This document shows positions 22,276 through 35,700 of a stretch of DNA of 64,000 bases, piece by piece. The translations under genes were made by a program, and so were the position numbers. Source of the DNA: Oopsacas minuta (Eukaryota; Animalia; Porifera); the NCBI GenBank assembly GCA_024704765.1, contig JAKMXF010000233.1, positions 310,001-374,000 on the forward strand, read 5' to 3'. Position 1 is the stretch's first letter. Each line of letters starts with the position of its first letter. The notes under the pieces were generated by a model that did not search any database, was not told where the DNA came from, and saw only the letters and a list, made by a program, of their open reading frames with translations.

Positions 22276-25200
22276 ATGAATATACATAAAGTACAGAGCT
22301 CCTGGTCAGACGGGTCATCATATAGAGGTGACATGAAGAATGAATTACGTCACGGATATGGTGTACATATATGGAACAATGGAGAGCGTTATGAAGGGGA
22401 ATATGTAGAGGACAAGAGGGAGGGAGAGGGCACATACTACTGGCCTAGTGGGGCTAGATATGTGGGTGGGTTTGTAGGGAATAAGAAGTATGGAAAGGGT
22501 GTTATGTACCTGGAGAGTGGGAATAGATTTGAAGGGAATTATTCTAATGACGAGAGGAATGGGGAAGGTAAGTAGGATTAGTACAACATTCTGTTTCTAT
22601 TTTTCCCTCCTTGCTTTTGAAACGAGGAAACTTCGCGATAAATACACCCAGTCTATTATATGTTGTTATAGGTACACTGTATTACCCAGATGGATATGTA
22701 GATAAAGGCTACTGGTTAGGAGATCATCTAACCCGCTTACTTTTCAACATTCCTGAAGCAGGACCTGGTTACCAGGCTACAGACGACCTTGACACCCCTG
22801 ACCTTAAGAGTAGGGGTACATCCGCTCCTAAAGGTCCTCTGGAGAGGGAATCTCAGAAACTAATACAAGCTGCTGTTAACGGAGATATACACTGCTTAGA
22901 AACCATATTGAAGGCTAGGAATGTTTATGTTAATGTAGTGGACAGGTACAAGTTAATAACTAAAATCCCTGTATAAATAATTTACAAGTTTGTAATGCCA
23001 AATTCGTTACTTTTCTACTTTTGCACAAACAAAAGCCGCCCGTTTATATTACTATATTGTAAATACTTTCGCGATTCCCTTACTGTTTAGCCAGCGAGCG
23101 AAATTCTAGTTCAGCGTACTGTGTACCCCTGTGTAGCCGTTTAGAGCAAGCCTGTATATATTTTGAAATTTTGCTAATTTGTTTACTTTATATTCATAAA
23201 AACAACAATAAATTTTCATATGATTAATCCAAAAGTAAATTTCCACATGAGAAACTTGAAAATGCGAAATTCTGGATTGATGAACACCTGGTTATTAACG
23301 TACTTATTTTATAGTTACGGACACTCTGCTCTTCTCGCTGCTTCTATACACGGACATTCTAGTGCTATATGTCTATTATTGGATGAAGGAGGTCATATTA
23401 ACTTACTGTCAGATGAAGGATTCTCTCCTCTATCTGCTACTTTTCATAGACTATATCTCCTGCAGAACTGTCCTGTTCTAAACGTACATCAGGTTCGTTC
23501 ATTTGTTTATAATATTACGGTGGAGTTTGCCTATCAACACATCCTTATGCTATGGAAAATCATAATTTGCATTAGTTTTCCTTGCTAATATGCGAACTGT
23601 TTACCATACAAAATGTCCATGAAATAAGCTTATAATAGGCTGATTTAGTTATTAGACGAATTGCTAGACAGTGTAATCCCCACAAAGAGGCCTTCGGTGT
23701 GAAAACATAGAGCGAATTCCTAGTCCCATACAAATAAACCTCCACAAACGGGAAATTTGGTAGAATCTAGGAGATGGGGTAGTATTTTCGGCTTCCCTGT
23801 CCGTGGAGGTTACACTATACTACATACTGTTATTACCTGTATAACTACAGGGCTGTCTAACTACTAGAAGCGGTATACAGTGCAGTGATTCATCCAGCAC
23901 TCCTACAATAATATATAACGCAGAGTTAGACACTCTTACGCCCTCCTCTCCCTCTGATATTAGTCTAGGAGATGAACCTCTACTCAGAGATGTGTATACT
24001 ACACCTAGATTCTTTCTAGGCAGGAGATCTACTGCATTAGATGATAAAGAGAGTAGTAATGAGGATATAAGGTATACTAACTATAGAACTGTTTGTTGTA
24101 TGAAATATCTATTGTTGTATTCGTGTATATTGAATTTACAGTCAACTCCCATTATATCAAACACAGATATATCGAAGTCTGAAATTATACAAATATGGTC
24201 ACAAACCGTCAAAGTACATATATTCCATCGGTTATATAGAAGTAGTTATCGCGGTCTTTTGAGCATCGATATAACGGGCGTTGAGTCAGTTAACCAAATC
24301 TCAATTAGGTCAATATATTTACATTTCTATAGAGGATTATATCCAGAATCTGATGGCAACCCGAACACTCGTCTGGTATCTGCTCCCGAACAGACGACAG
24401 ATAATTCTTGTAAAATACAGAATAAACCTATTCTAAAGAAAACTAAAGATGAGGTAGATACTGGAGAAGATAGTAATATACTGATTAATGAGGACTTAGA
24501 TTCACAAAACAATACAAAGACTGAAGTTAGAACTCCTCAATTAATATCCCAAGGATGGTTAAGAAATCCTGATAGTATATCCACCAGTAGGATGTCACTC
24601 CCACAGGAATCAGGTAATGTATTTACGTTCAATCGTCGCGATGGCCCGTTTTCATATAATTGTATAATTTACTAGGAGATCGTCTCTGTGATCTAGTCAG
24701 TGCTAGCGACAGTGTAAGTATTCATTTGATGGAAAGAGAACCTAAACTCCCCTCACTATCCTCCAATTCATCTCCAATAAAACCATCCATAGTCCAAAAC
24801 CTAGAAAACACAATAGACTTATTACTCAGATGTTCGGCTGATCTAAATACAGCTGTTTTCCCTCTACCAGCTATATTCTACCCTGTCCTAGCTGGTGATA
24901 TCAATATTACGTGTAGATTAATACAAGCAGGAGCTGATCTTAATGTTAGACTAGATACACAGCAAGGAGGTAGCGGGCTGTTACATCTGTTAGCTACACA
25001 GCAGGATACACACTGTGCTTTAGGTCTGGTTAAGTTACTGTTAGAAGGAGGAGCTGATACTAATATGAGGGAGCGGAATGAAGGTTTGTTTTGTATGGCA
25101 ATTATATTCCTATCAGCAGGGCTCTCAACGTCGAAATTTGCGATTCAATATTAGATTTCTATAAAACCCCTGCAAATATATTTTCTAATATTTATTAGAT

Positions 25201-26316
25201 GACGATACTATGACTAACAGTGACAGCTCCTTACCCATACCTCTCCCTGGTAGAAACGAAGGTTACCATGGCAACTCGCCTCTCCATATATTAGCAAGTC
25301 GTATGTGTGATTCTCCAGAAATCTCATCACTAGCTGGTCTCTTATTAAACCATGGAGCAGATCCTAATGTAGTTTGCAAGGGACACTCACCTTTATCTCT
25401 AGCTGTTCTTAATAATAATCAAAATATGATACATCTACTACTCGAGCATGACGTTGATCTTAATTTACCGCTAGGAGCTGGCATAGGTAATGTATTGTGT
25501 ATTGTAACTAGCTTGAGATCACAGTCGTTACGGGCTGTACAGAAGAGTATACGATTGTTTAAAAGTTTAGTTGATTCTGGGGCGTCTGTTTTGTTGCCTG
25601 TTGAGGTTAAGCAGGGGGTAGCTCTTGGCACTGTTGTAGATTTCGCAATTTCTGCTTTCCAAGAGGATAAAAGGTGTTCTGAGTTACCTTTTCATTCTAT
25701 GACTCGGATTGAAAGACAAAGATATTTGTCCAGGTCTAAACTGTTAAAATATGTTACGAATTCATTTCGTAAAGCTGTACGCTTGGATGGAATAAAAATA
25801 AGTCAACAAAAATTATTTGAAACTCAAAAATCTTTGAATGAAATTATGAATTTTGATTTTACGAATTTGAGTGAACAGTTTGATGAAGATGATAAGAAAA
25901 CAAAAATTAAACACAAACAGAGACACAAATCACGTTCACCTCAAAGAATACATGGTAAAGTGAAGGACAAGGAGAAACATATCGAAACTGAGACGAAAAT
26001 AGAATCTTTAAAAGATAATACAACAGGAGAAGTGTTTACAATTGCAAATCATAAAAGTAAAGTTGAGAATTTCACAGAGCTTAAAATGAGTATGGAATTT
26101 ACAGCACAGAAATACTGTGAATATTGCTGCAAGTCTATTAACGTTAAACTAAAACAGTGTAACCGTTGCCATACGGTGTATTTCTGCAGCCGTACATGTA
26201 AAATGAGGTCATGGGAGGCCTGGCATAGACGTGAATGTTTAGTTATTGAAATTAGAAAACCCAATACAGTCAAATTCCAAGAACAACCAGTTGTAACCCT
26301 TAAGACCACGAATTGA
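22276..26316 (+). CDS. ANKMY1: MORN repeat + ankyrin repeat + MYND zinc-finger protein (ANKMY1-like)
   Basis: Exons 22276-22567, 22672-22945, 23315-23492, 23851-24071, 24333-24613, 24676-25083, 25199-26316. MORN repeats (YRGDMKNELRHGYG, YEGEYVEDKREGEG), ankyrin repeats (GHSALLAAS, GNSPLHILA, GHSPLSLAV) and a MYND finger CEYC..CNRC..YFCSRTC..W..HRREC; this domain order is that of ANKMY1. Confidence 0.88.
24139..24287. mobile_element. MITE family A copy in ANKMY1 intron
   Basis: TA|CAGTCAACTCCCATTATATC..aaattatacaaatatggtcacaaaccgtcaaagt..atcgatataacgggcgttga. Confidence 0.75.
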
Positions 26317-26715
26317 GGGATTATACAATTCTCGCATGAACTTGAGTTTTAATGATTCATTTTCATGTTACATATAAACTTTATATTACCTTTTATGGAA
26401 GTGAACTATACTGCACTATTAAATTAGTAGTATATCTTATTAAGCTAATAAGTTGTTTGAATTTACCCGAAAGGACGAAACGAAGCATTAATCCTTCGTA
26501 ATGGTCATATCTCGTAAACTATAAGTCTGTTTTATGTGCTCAAATTTGCCAAAAATGCAGTCAGAGTGCTCTCTTCCCCGAAAAGTTGTGTCTCGGGACA
26601 ATTCGTCCTACCCATAAGTGTACTATATCAGTGGCTTATGTGAGATTGTTTACTATTTTGTTTACCACACATTAGAAGGTATATTTCTCTTTGATTTAAT
26701 TGGCTATTCTATTGT

Positions 26716-29700
26716 ATGGCCTACACACAGTCCCATCCTCGCTCTAAAAATAAATCAAATGGAGTACTCAATGGTAATGCAACTAAGTCTGATGAAAAGG
26801 TAGGTCGATATTAATTTGTAATTTTTGGATAAAATCTGAAGTGAAATTGTGGATATGAATAATTACTAATGGACACTATTGTAGGATGGCTTCATGAAGT
26901 CTATTCGAGGCGGTAAGCCATTCCTTCCACCTCTCAGCTGCGTCGATAAGAGTGATATTAGTAAATTCAGAGCTGCAGACAGTTTGACTAATCAGAGCTC
27001 TCTGTTAACTCATAGACACTCTAAAGTAGTAGAACAGAAAATGGCAGATATTGTGCAAGTTCTTATTTATAGACTTATTTTATTTCTCGTGTTTAATTCT
27101 AGGTTTTTGTACCAGTAAATATACTCACAATTTTCATGCCATGAGTTAATAGTTCATGTCAAAGCCAAAATCTATGTTTTCGTTCATGATCTGGCATATG
27201 GCAATAGTGATTGGTACCCACAATAGAAAATTACAAGTTATCAAATAAATTGAAATAGTAAAATAAATACAGCGTGTCCTCTCTCTAATTGTCCTCCAGT
27301 GGACAATTAGAGAGGACCCACTGAAAGAATCTTTGTTGATTTTTCTATTTATAGTCATGAGAGAGCAGTGAGAGAAAGCCAGCTTGCTTTCGTGGCCCAG
27401 AAAGGCACTCAATCAATCAGTGACGAACCTCCTATAACTCAACTTATGATGTCTAATGACAGGAGAATTAGAGTTAGTTATATGGACCATGGATTATTTA
27501 ATTATTCAAAGGTTCGATTTTAATAGTACTTTTCGGTGTTTTTAGTTGAACTATGAGACTCTACAACATGCGGTTATGAAGGCCCCGACACAAGGTATAC
27601 AGCAAGAGTGCGTAGACAGTATACATTCCAAACTACCTTCTCAGTTGTTAGGATCTCATTCAGAGCTTTTGAATCAACTGACTAATGAGGTTAAACAAAT
27701 GTACTATAATAGTATGAAGAGAGTTACTGGTTGGTTCAACAATCTCGTTTTCGAATTTCTGATATTTTATGAAGATTGCGAAAATTAAGGTTTTAAAATA
27801 CTATATTTTAGTTCAACATACACTATTGAAACCGCCAGTCAACGGTTTGTCACCTGATGAACCACTTCCGGTTGAGGTTACAGGATTGGACCATTCAACA
27901 CCTTGGAGAGACCGCTATGAATCCAACAGAGAATCTCTTAAGAAATGTCTGTTGATTGTACATCCATTACATCAAGAATTGCTGCTTTTGTGGAGAAAGC
28001 ATGGCTTGCATTCCATTCTATCACTTGAGAAACTAAGGTAAGATGCTTGTCTGGTACTGAACACATTTGCTACTCCAAAGGTTTCATTGGTATTCGAATT
28101 TACAAATGTCTACTGTTTTTTTAGAGACAGAGGAGCAATAGAATTGGAATCTTTCAGAAATGATATGATACTAGAACGTGACGATAAAGTATCATATATC
28201 AAAGGCAATTGGTTCTTAGAGGTGTCAGAATTGTTTGTTTCTAAACACAAACCAAGCTTAGACTTATTGAGTGATAAAATATTGATTCAGTTTCATAAGG
28301 CAGTTGACACACTTATGTCTAATCAGGTGTGTAATGGAGTAACCTTCAATCTGATTGATTGCGGATTTTTATCACTTTAACTCGAATAGCAAACCATATT
28401 TGAACTTTGCTATTATTATTTATTTAGTTGAGAGAGTTAGTAAGACAGACATTAGAAGATTGGGTAGCTCTATTCAGCCCTGGAATGAAGTCTAAGAGAC
28501 CTGATTTTAAACTCCAGCTTTGTTTAGATGAGAATTCCATTGTATACTTCCCGTCATTAAGAGATGTGGAGAGCTGTATTCTTGATATACAGAAGATGAT
28601 TGAGCTTGGTTTGAGCTCTATTTCTACTATCAAAGTGAGTTTTTATAATTATTGAATATGAAAGTTTAAACCAACCCTTCCCAAACTTTAACCCCCCGTG
28701 GAACCTATACTTTTGTGGGAATTTTGTTTAGGAAAGGTGTAAAGATTATACATATCCTACCGAAATATTTGTGTAATATTCCGCTAGGATATACGCATTC
28801 CTTGTTTAACACGTGATTATATAAATAATTCGAATTGAACAGGCCAAACTTTCACATTTCTCAATCATTTTTTGTTTTTTTAATATTATAGTCCTCACTG
28901 GACAGTTCTCCTCAACCTACTCTCCTTAACGGTAAAGTAAGCATTTCAATATCAGAATTATCCCTCAGCACAATCAAAGAACATTTGAGTTTTTTATTAA
29001 CACCTGCTAAGAAGTATAGCGACACATTCTCTAAGTTCCATATTCTTATTGACGGAACAGCTGATGATAAAGTCGATAAGTTTATACGAGAAGATCATTC
29101 TTTCGAGGAATATGAAAATGTATTGTTTGTTTGTTTGTTTAATTGCATGTTTGTTTATTTGTTTATTAGATATTTCCCTGTGTTGTTTAGGAGATAACAA
29201 TATACCAAAACACTGTCCTTGAAATCAATAGTGTATTGGGAATTGAGCTCTTAGATATGTTGCTGATTGATTGTGAGAATCTTAAAACTGGTCTGTGTAA
29301 GAAAGCTAATCAGTTTGCTAATAAATTGATAGGAAAACTTGTTGGAGATTATCTTGCTGAAAATACGAGGTGACCAAATATAGTATATGTATATTATTTT
29401 ACTGTGCCGAGTATATACATCACATGATTAATCATATTTTCACACCTTTTGGTCAATTTCTTAAAAGCATCCTAGAGATTAGCTCCACCTGCAAATTTGT
29501 GGTAAGAAGGGACGTAGAATTCGATTTTGATACTAAATATCCAATCAAGAGCCTTCACTTGGCCATACATGGGTTTATGTATTTTACGTATTTTCTAGAA
29601 TCTGCAATGAATTTGAGACTTTCAAATCTCGTGCTCTTACAATACCAGAAGATTCTACAGAAATAACAGATCTATCTCAATTCATAGAACATTCTAGAAC

Positions 29701-32700
29701 AGACTTAATACCCCAGCTAAAGGAGGACATAAGTCGTGCAAGATCTCAGATGACATACATACTCAGTGTACATGACTGTGATCAATCAATATTCGAACTG
29801 AATAGAGTGACTATTGATTGGCCACAGAGACTTGAGCCTATTTTCTCTAAGAATGAGGATATTCTGTTGGAGGCAGGAATGAGAGCTGAGAAAGCTCTTG
29901 TAGAGAAACGAGACAAACTTAGAATTGAGATTGAGAAAGCTACGAGGTTTGTAGAAATGGACATATTTCAATTTCCCCGTATTTGATTTAACAGTAGTTG
30001 AATGTAGTTGGAGTAAAATGGATGTGATGGAGTGTCACTAATGTGTGTGTATTGTTTAGGAGAGGAGATGAATTTCAACTCTGTAGCGATATTCATTCTG
30101 TCGGTAAATATGTTAACGATATTACTAAGCTACAGAAGAATGTTCACGAACTTAGAGAGAGGACTATACTCATTAACGAGGTTTGTATATCCGCTATAAG
30201 TTTGAAATATTAATATATCGAACATGTGTATTGACCTTCGATGTACAACGGTGTTTGCTTATTAGCAGGGAAAACAATACGACTTGCTAATAGAATACTA
30301 TTTACCATTTATAGGAAGAAGCAATGTTTAAATGGGATGCCTCAGAGTACCCTGAATTAGATGAGATTAACAAGACGGTAGAGCCTTATCTCTCTCTATT
30401 CTCTCTTGTTAGAGAATGGAAGACTTTAGATAAAACTCTAATGGATGGAGATTTTGTTAATTTAGATGCAGAGGTTACAAGAGATAAGGTTGGTAGCGAA
30501 TACATTTAGAAATATTATAGTCTACGCAGAAAATGTTACCTTGTTTCGTATAACTCTGTTAATAGATTGAAGAGAAAGGACGAGAAATATTCAGACAAGT
30601 AAAATATTTCAAAGGAAAAGTTAAAGCTGCTGAAAAAGAGAAAGAGAAAGAAAAGAAATTCAAATCTAGGAAAGATGAAGACGATGGTCCCGTTGGTCCA
30701 ATTAATGGACTCAACATGGCTCAGACTACTGATGATCAGATTAAAGAGTTTAAAGATTATCTGCCAATTATTGAAGTACTGTGTAATCCTGGATTGAGGT
30801 TAAGGCATTGGCAAAAGGTTAGAACTTGAAACAACAACAAATAGACAAACAAACAAACAAACAAACAAACTCCTTCTCTATCCTCTAGATGTCTGAGATA
30901 GTAGGATTTAACATTACGCCAGACAGCGGTACAACTCTACGTAAAATGCTTAAGCATAATCTTGAGCCTTATCTGGACAAGTTTGAGATAATATCAGGGT
31001 CAGCTAGTAAGGAGCATTCTCTGGAGAAAGCTATGAAGAAAATGATAGATGATTGGGATCCTGTAGCATTCAATCTTGTTGCTTATAGAGACAGTGGTAT
31101 GTATTCATGTATCTTAAACAGTGGTTACCCGTTATATCAAAGCTAAAAGGACCGTGGTAATTACTTCAATATAAGCGGAGTTTGATATAATCGAGGAAAT
31201 ATTTGTTACCTTAACGGTTTGGGGCCATATTTGTACAATTTCAAATTTCGAAATCCGTGTTCGACATAACTGGAGTTGACTGTTATTTAATTTATTATGC
31301 CTCTTACAGGTGTTTCGATACTGAGTGGTGTAGATGATATTCAAACACAGCTAGATGACCAGATTGTTAAAACGCAGACTATGAGAGGATCTCCTTTTAT
31401 AAAGCCATTCTTAGAACAGATAAAACTATGGGAAGAGAGGCTACTTGCTATACAGGATACACTAGATGAATGGTTGAAGGTATAAATAGGACTTATAACC
31501 TTATTCCCATTTAATAATTAGGTCCCTGTCAATGAGGAACTTGTTTCAGCGCCACATGGAGTACATCTAAGCATGCGGGCGGGCGGCATTCCAATATCAT
31601 TATTATTATTATGACGTTATCATCAAGTGGCCAATTCATGGAATTCCAATGATTCTAGTTGTAAATATGTTAATTAAGCGTGTTAAAGGCGATCTGTGAA
31701 GATAAAATCACTACTATTCACCCGTTAGTTAGTAAATATATTGTGTAGTTGAATTTCACTGATAGAATGGTGAAATAATGACAATATTCATGTGACAGGT
31801 AAACTTGATGCGGGCAGTGGAGATGAAACAAGTTTCCAACTAACAGTGTCATAATTTTTAATAAATACTTTTATTCAGGTACAATCTCAATGGCTATATC
31901 TAGAGCCTATATTCTCCAGTGATGACATTATGCAACAAATGCCAGAGGAAGCTAAGATGTTCCTACAGGTTGATAAGAACTGGAAAGACATTATGAGGAA
32001 CACCGTGAAGAATCCATCTGTACGTAAATGTTATGAGATTCAGTAGACTCCGTTTAATCGGGTCACCGGTTAATAGGGTTAATATCATCATTCAGCCTAA
32101 TCAATTCAAATGGCATTTGCCATAGTCTTGAAGTGGCTATATTAATTGTAGCCTACTGAATTTAAGTTCCTATGAATGACGTAATTTCGCGTTAGGTGTT
32201 ACCTGCAACCGGACTCCCAGGTCTCCTTGATAAGCTAAAATCCAGCAATGAACTATTGGATAAGATCAACAAAGGTTTGAATAGCTATTTGGAGAAGAAA
32301 AGATTGTTCTTTCCAAGATTCTTCTTCCTCTCTAATGATGAGATGTTGGAAATATTGTCCGAGACAAAAGATCCTAAAAGAGTTCAGCCTCACCTCAAAA
32401 AATGCTTTGAAGGAATTAATAAACTACAATTTGAGCCTAATCTTGATATTTCAGCTATGTTCTCTTCTGATGGAGAGAAGGTTTGTTTGTTTGTTTGTTT
32501 GTTAACACCTTCCTGATAAATTCGATCAAAACAGCAGTCGCTACATAAGCGATTCCCAACCTTTTTCACAAGTGGACCACCAAGGGGCAGGTTGGGAACC
32601 GCTTCATTAGATGTAAATTGCCAAAATTCTCTCTATACCAAAAATCCAAGAAATTACCTCAATAAAATATGAATGAAACCTGTGCGGACAGCTTAGTACG

Positions 32701-35700
32701 TATAATATTGAATGATTAAAGTAGCACTATAAATTCTAGGCAGTAAATGATCATTTAATATAGCCAAAAGGGTATTTTAGCCTGATGCTTTGGCGTCTAT
32801 AGAATTTTCTGGTTGATTAATCATCTTTCTGAGCCAGAATCAGCCAGGTAACACCTTGTCACCCTTGAGGGTTTGTATCCAGCCACATTAAAGTAACATT
32901 TTTGGACACATTTTGAACACCTTATAATGCATATAACTCCTTTTAGCTCGACTTAAGCGCCTTCAATTAGAGTATACTATTCTGTCGGCACAGGTTCTAT
33001 TTTCTATTTTTACACTCTTATTTATAGGTTGTGCTAAGCAAAAACATATCTACCTCAGATGCACGTGGTGCAGTAGAGAAATGGCTCCTACAAGTACAAG
33101 ATGTAATGTTCATATCATTACGTGACGTACTGCACAAATCTATTGTAGCTTATAACGAAGTGCCAAGAGTAAAATGGGTCAGAGACTGGCCTGGACAAAT
33201 AGCACTAGCTGTTAGTCAGATTTACTGGACACAAGGGGCTCATGAAGCTATTAGGAATCAACCTAGTGGTATGAAGGAGTTCCATGATAAACTTATATCA
33301 CAGGTAAAGTGTTTGTTTGTTTGTTTGTTTGTTTGATTGTTTATGTGTTTGATTGAGTTCCTATTTTTATCAGAGTTTGGTCGAATTTGATCATAAAATC
33401 TCTTCCAATATACAAACTTGCTTATTGTTTGCTTGTTTGTTTTTGTTTACGATTTATAGCTCGGAGACATCGTAGAGCTGGTGAGAGGGAAACTTCCAAA
33501 AGCCACACGCATAACTTTAGGCGCCATAGTTACAATAGACGTACACGCGCGTGACACAGTAGAGAATCTAGTTAAACTGAATCTGAACTCAGAGAAGGAT
33601 TTTGATTGGCTGTGTCATATGAGATATTATTGGGAAGAGAGTCAGTGTATTGTCCGTATGATAACTACATCTGTTGTATATGGATGTGAATATCTCGGTA
33701 ACAGCTTCCGGTTAGTAATAATGTATAGCCATAAGGGAAGGGAGGGAAGGGGAGACGCTCAAATTGAATTGTGCCCTCTCAGAATTCTAAATGGCAGGCC
33801 ACACTGGATAGACATGGGTTTCATTATGCACATAGGTTTAATCATATTTTCACACCTTTTGGTGAATATTCCAAATTGTCCTAGAGATTAGCTTCCACCT
33901 GCTTATTAGGGGTAAACAGTGACGTATTACTCAATTTTTTCACTTTCGAATGTCTGACACGATTATTTACTTACTAAAATTTAGAGAAAATTCTGTCCAC
34001 ACAGGCTGTAATTTGAATTTTTAAAATTTGGGATTTGTTAAGACATCCATTAACTTCAACGGAATAATCTGTTTATCTTCATTTCTTCCTATTTATACTA
34101 GACTGGTCATAACTCCGCTAACTGACAGATGCTACCGTACACTCATAGGAGCTTTTGCTCTAAATCTAAACGGAGCACCAGAAGGACCAGCAGGCACTGG
34201 CAAGACTGAAACTGTCAAAGATTTAGCCAAAGCCTTGGCTATTCAGTGTGTAGTGTTCAATTGCTCTGATGGCCTAGATTATCTAGCTATGGGAAAGTTC
34301 TTTAAAGGCCTAGCCTCAGCAGGGGCTTGGTCTTGTTTTGATGAGTTTAACAGGATTGAGTTGGAAGTATTGTCTGTGATTGCACAACAGGTAAGGTGCT
34401 ATGAATATCCTATTAGAGACCATATTTTTGGTTCAGTTGGTGTATAAGTTTTATCATGATCGGAAATTCGCCAGGCCCCTGATTTTCGTTATTTCAATGT
34501 TTATATTATTCCTATATACATATGTAGATTCTGTGTATACAACGTGCTATCATTACTCACTGTCCAACATTTGTATTTGAAGGAACTACACTCAGTCTAA
34601 GTCCTAATTGTTTCGTAAACATTACTATGAATCCTGGTTAGTTACATACAGTGAGTAACAATATGTGTGAATTTACTTTTGACACCTTTGTCTAGGTTAC
34701 GCCGGTAGATCAGAGCTACCGGATAACTTGAAGGTGTTGTTCCGTACTGTAGCAATGATGGTTCCAGATTACGCAATGATTGGAGAGATATCTCTTTATT
34801 CAGTTGGATTTGTTAATGCTAAGAGTCTTGCTGTGAAGATTGTTACAACTTATAGATTATGTTCTGAACAGGTGTGTTTGTTTGTTTGTTTGTTTGTTTG
34901 TTTGTTTATCTGTTTACTCCCTTTATTACAGCTATCATCACAATTCCACTATGACTATGGAATGCGAGCAGTGAAAGCTGTATTATCAGCAGCTGGAAAT
35001 CTCAAATTAAAATTCCCATCAGAAGATGAGAACATACTTCTACTCAGATCTATAATGGACGTTAATCTCCCCAAATTCCTTTCTCATGATATTCCATTGT
35101 TTGAAGGAATTATTTCCGATTTATTCCCTGGAGTAGTGCTACCTAAAGCTGATTACACTGTATTCACTCTAGCTATTGAAGAGGTTTGTTATGTATTTTT
35201 AGTGTAGCTCCTATAGGGACATCCGTCCGTCCTTCCGAGATGTCCTGAGCTTCGATATAATGGGAGTTGACTGCACGTATTAACCATCGCATTTGTATTC
35301 AGATTTGCAGAAGGAAGAATCTACAAGCAACTGATTTCTTTATTCAGAAGATACTACAAACATATGAGATGATGATCGTACGACATGGATTTATGATCGT
35401 AGGACATCCTTTTGCTGGTAAATAGTATTTCAATTTGTAAAGAGCCTTGTGTATGACAGCAAAAACTAGGAACCAATACATTTCTTATAGGAAAATCACG
35501 TGTATTGAATGTACTAGCTGATACATTAACACTATTGAATGAGCGAGAAGAATTGGAAGAATTCAAGACAATGTATCGCTGTATTAACCCAAAGTCTATT
35601 CCTATGGGGTTGTTATACGGACAGTTTGATCTTGTATCACATGAATGGTCGGATGGAGTTGTGGCTAATACTTTCAGGTATATTCATAGCAATCATATGA

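Noticed and set aside
27275-27316. 17-bp hairpin as a possible miRNA precursor
   Set aside because: Too short, and it begins near a TACAG like the local MITE termini; most likely a MITE remnant.
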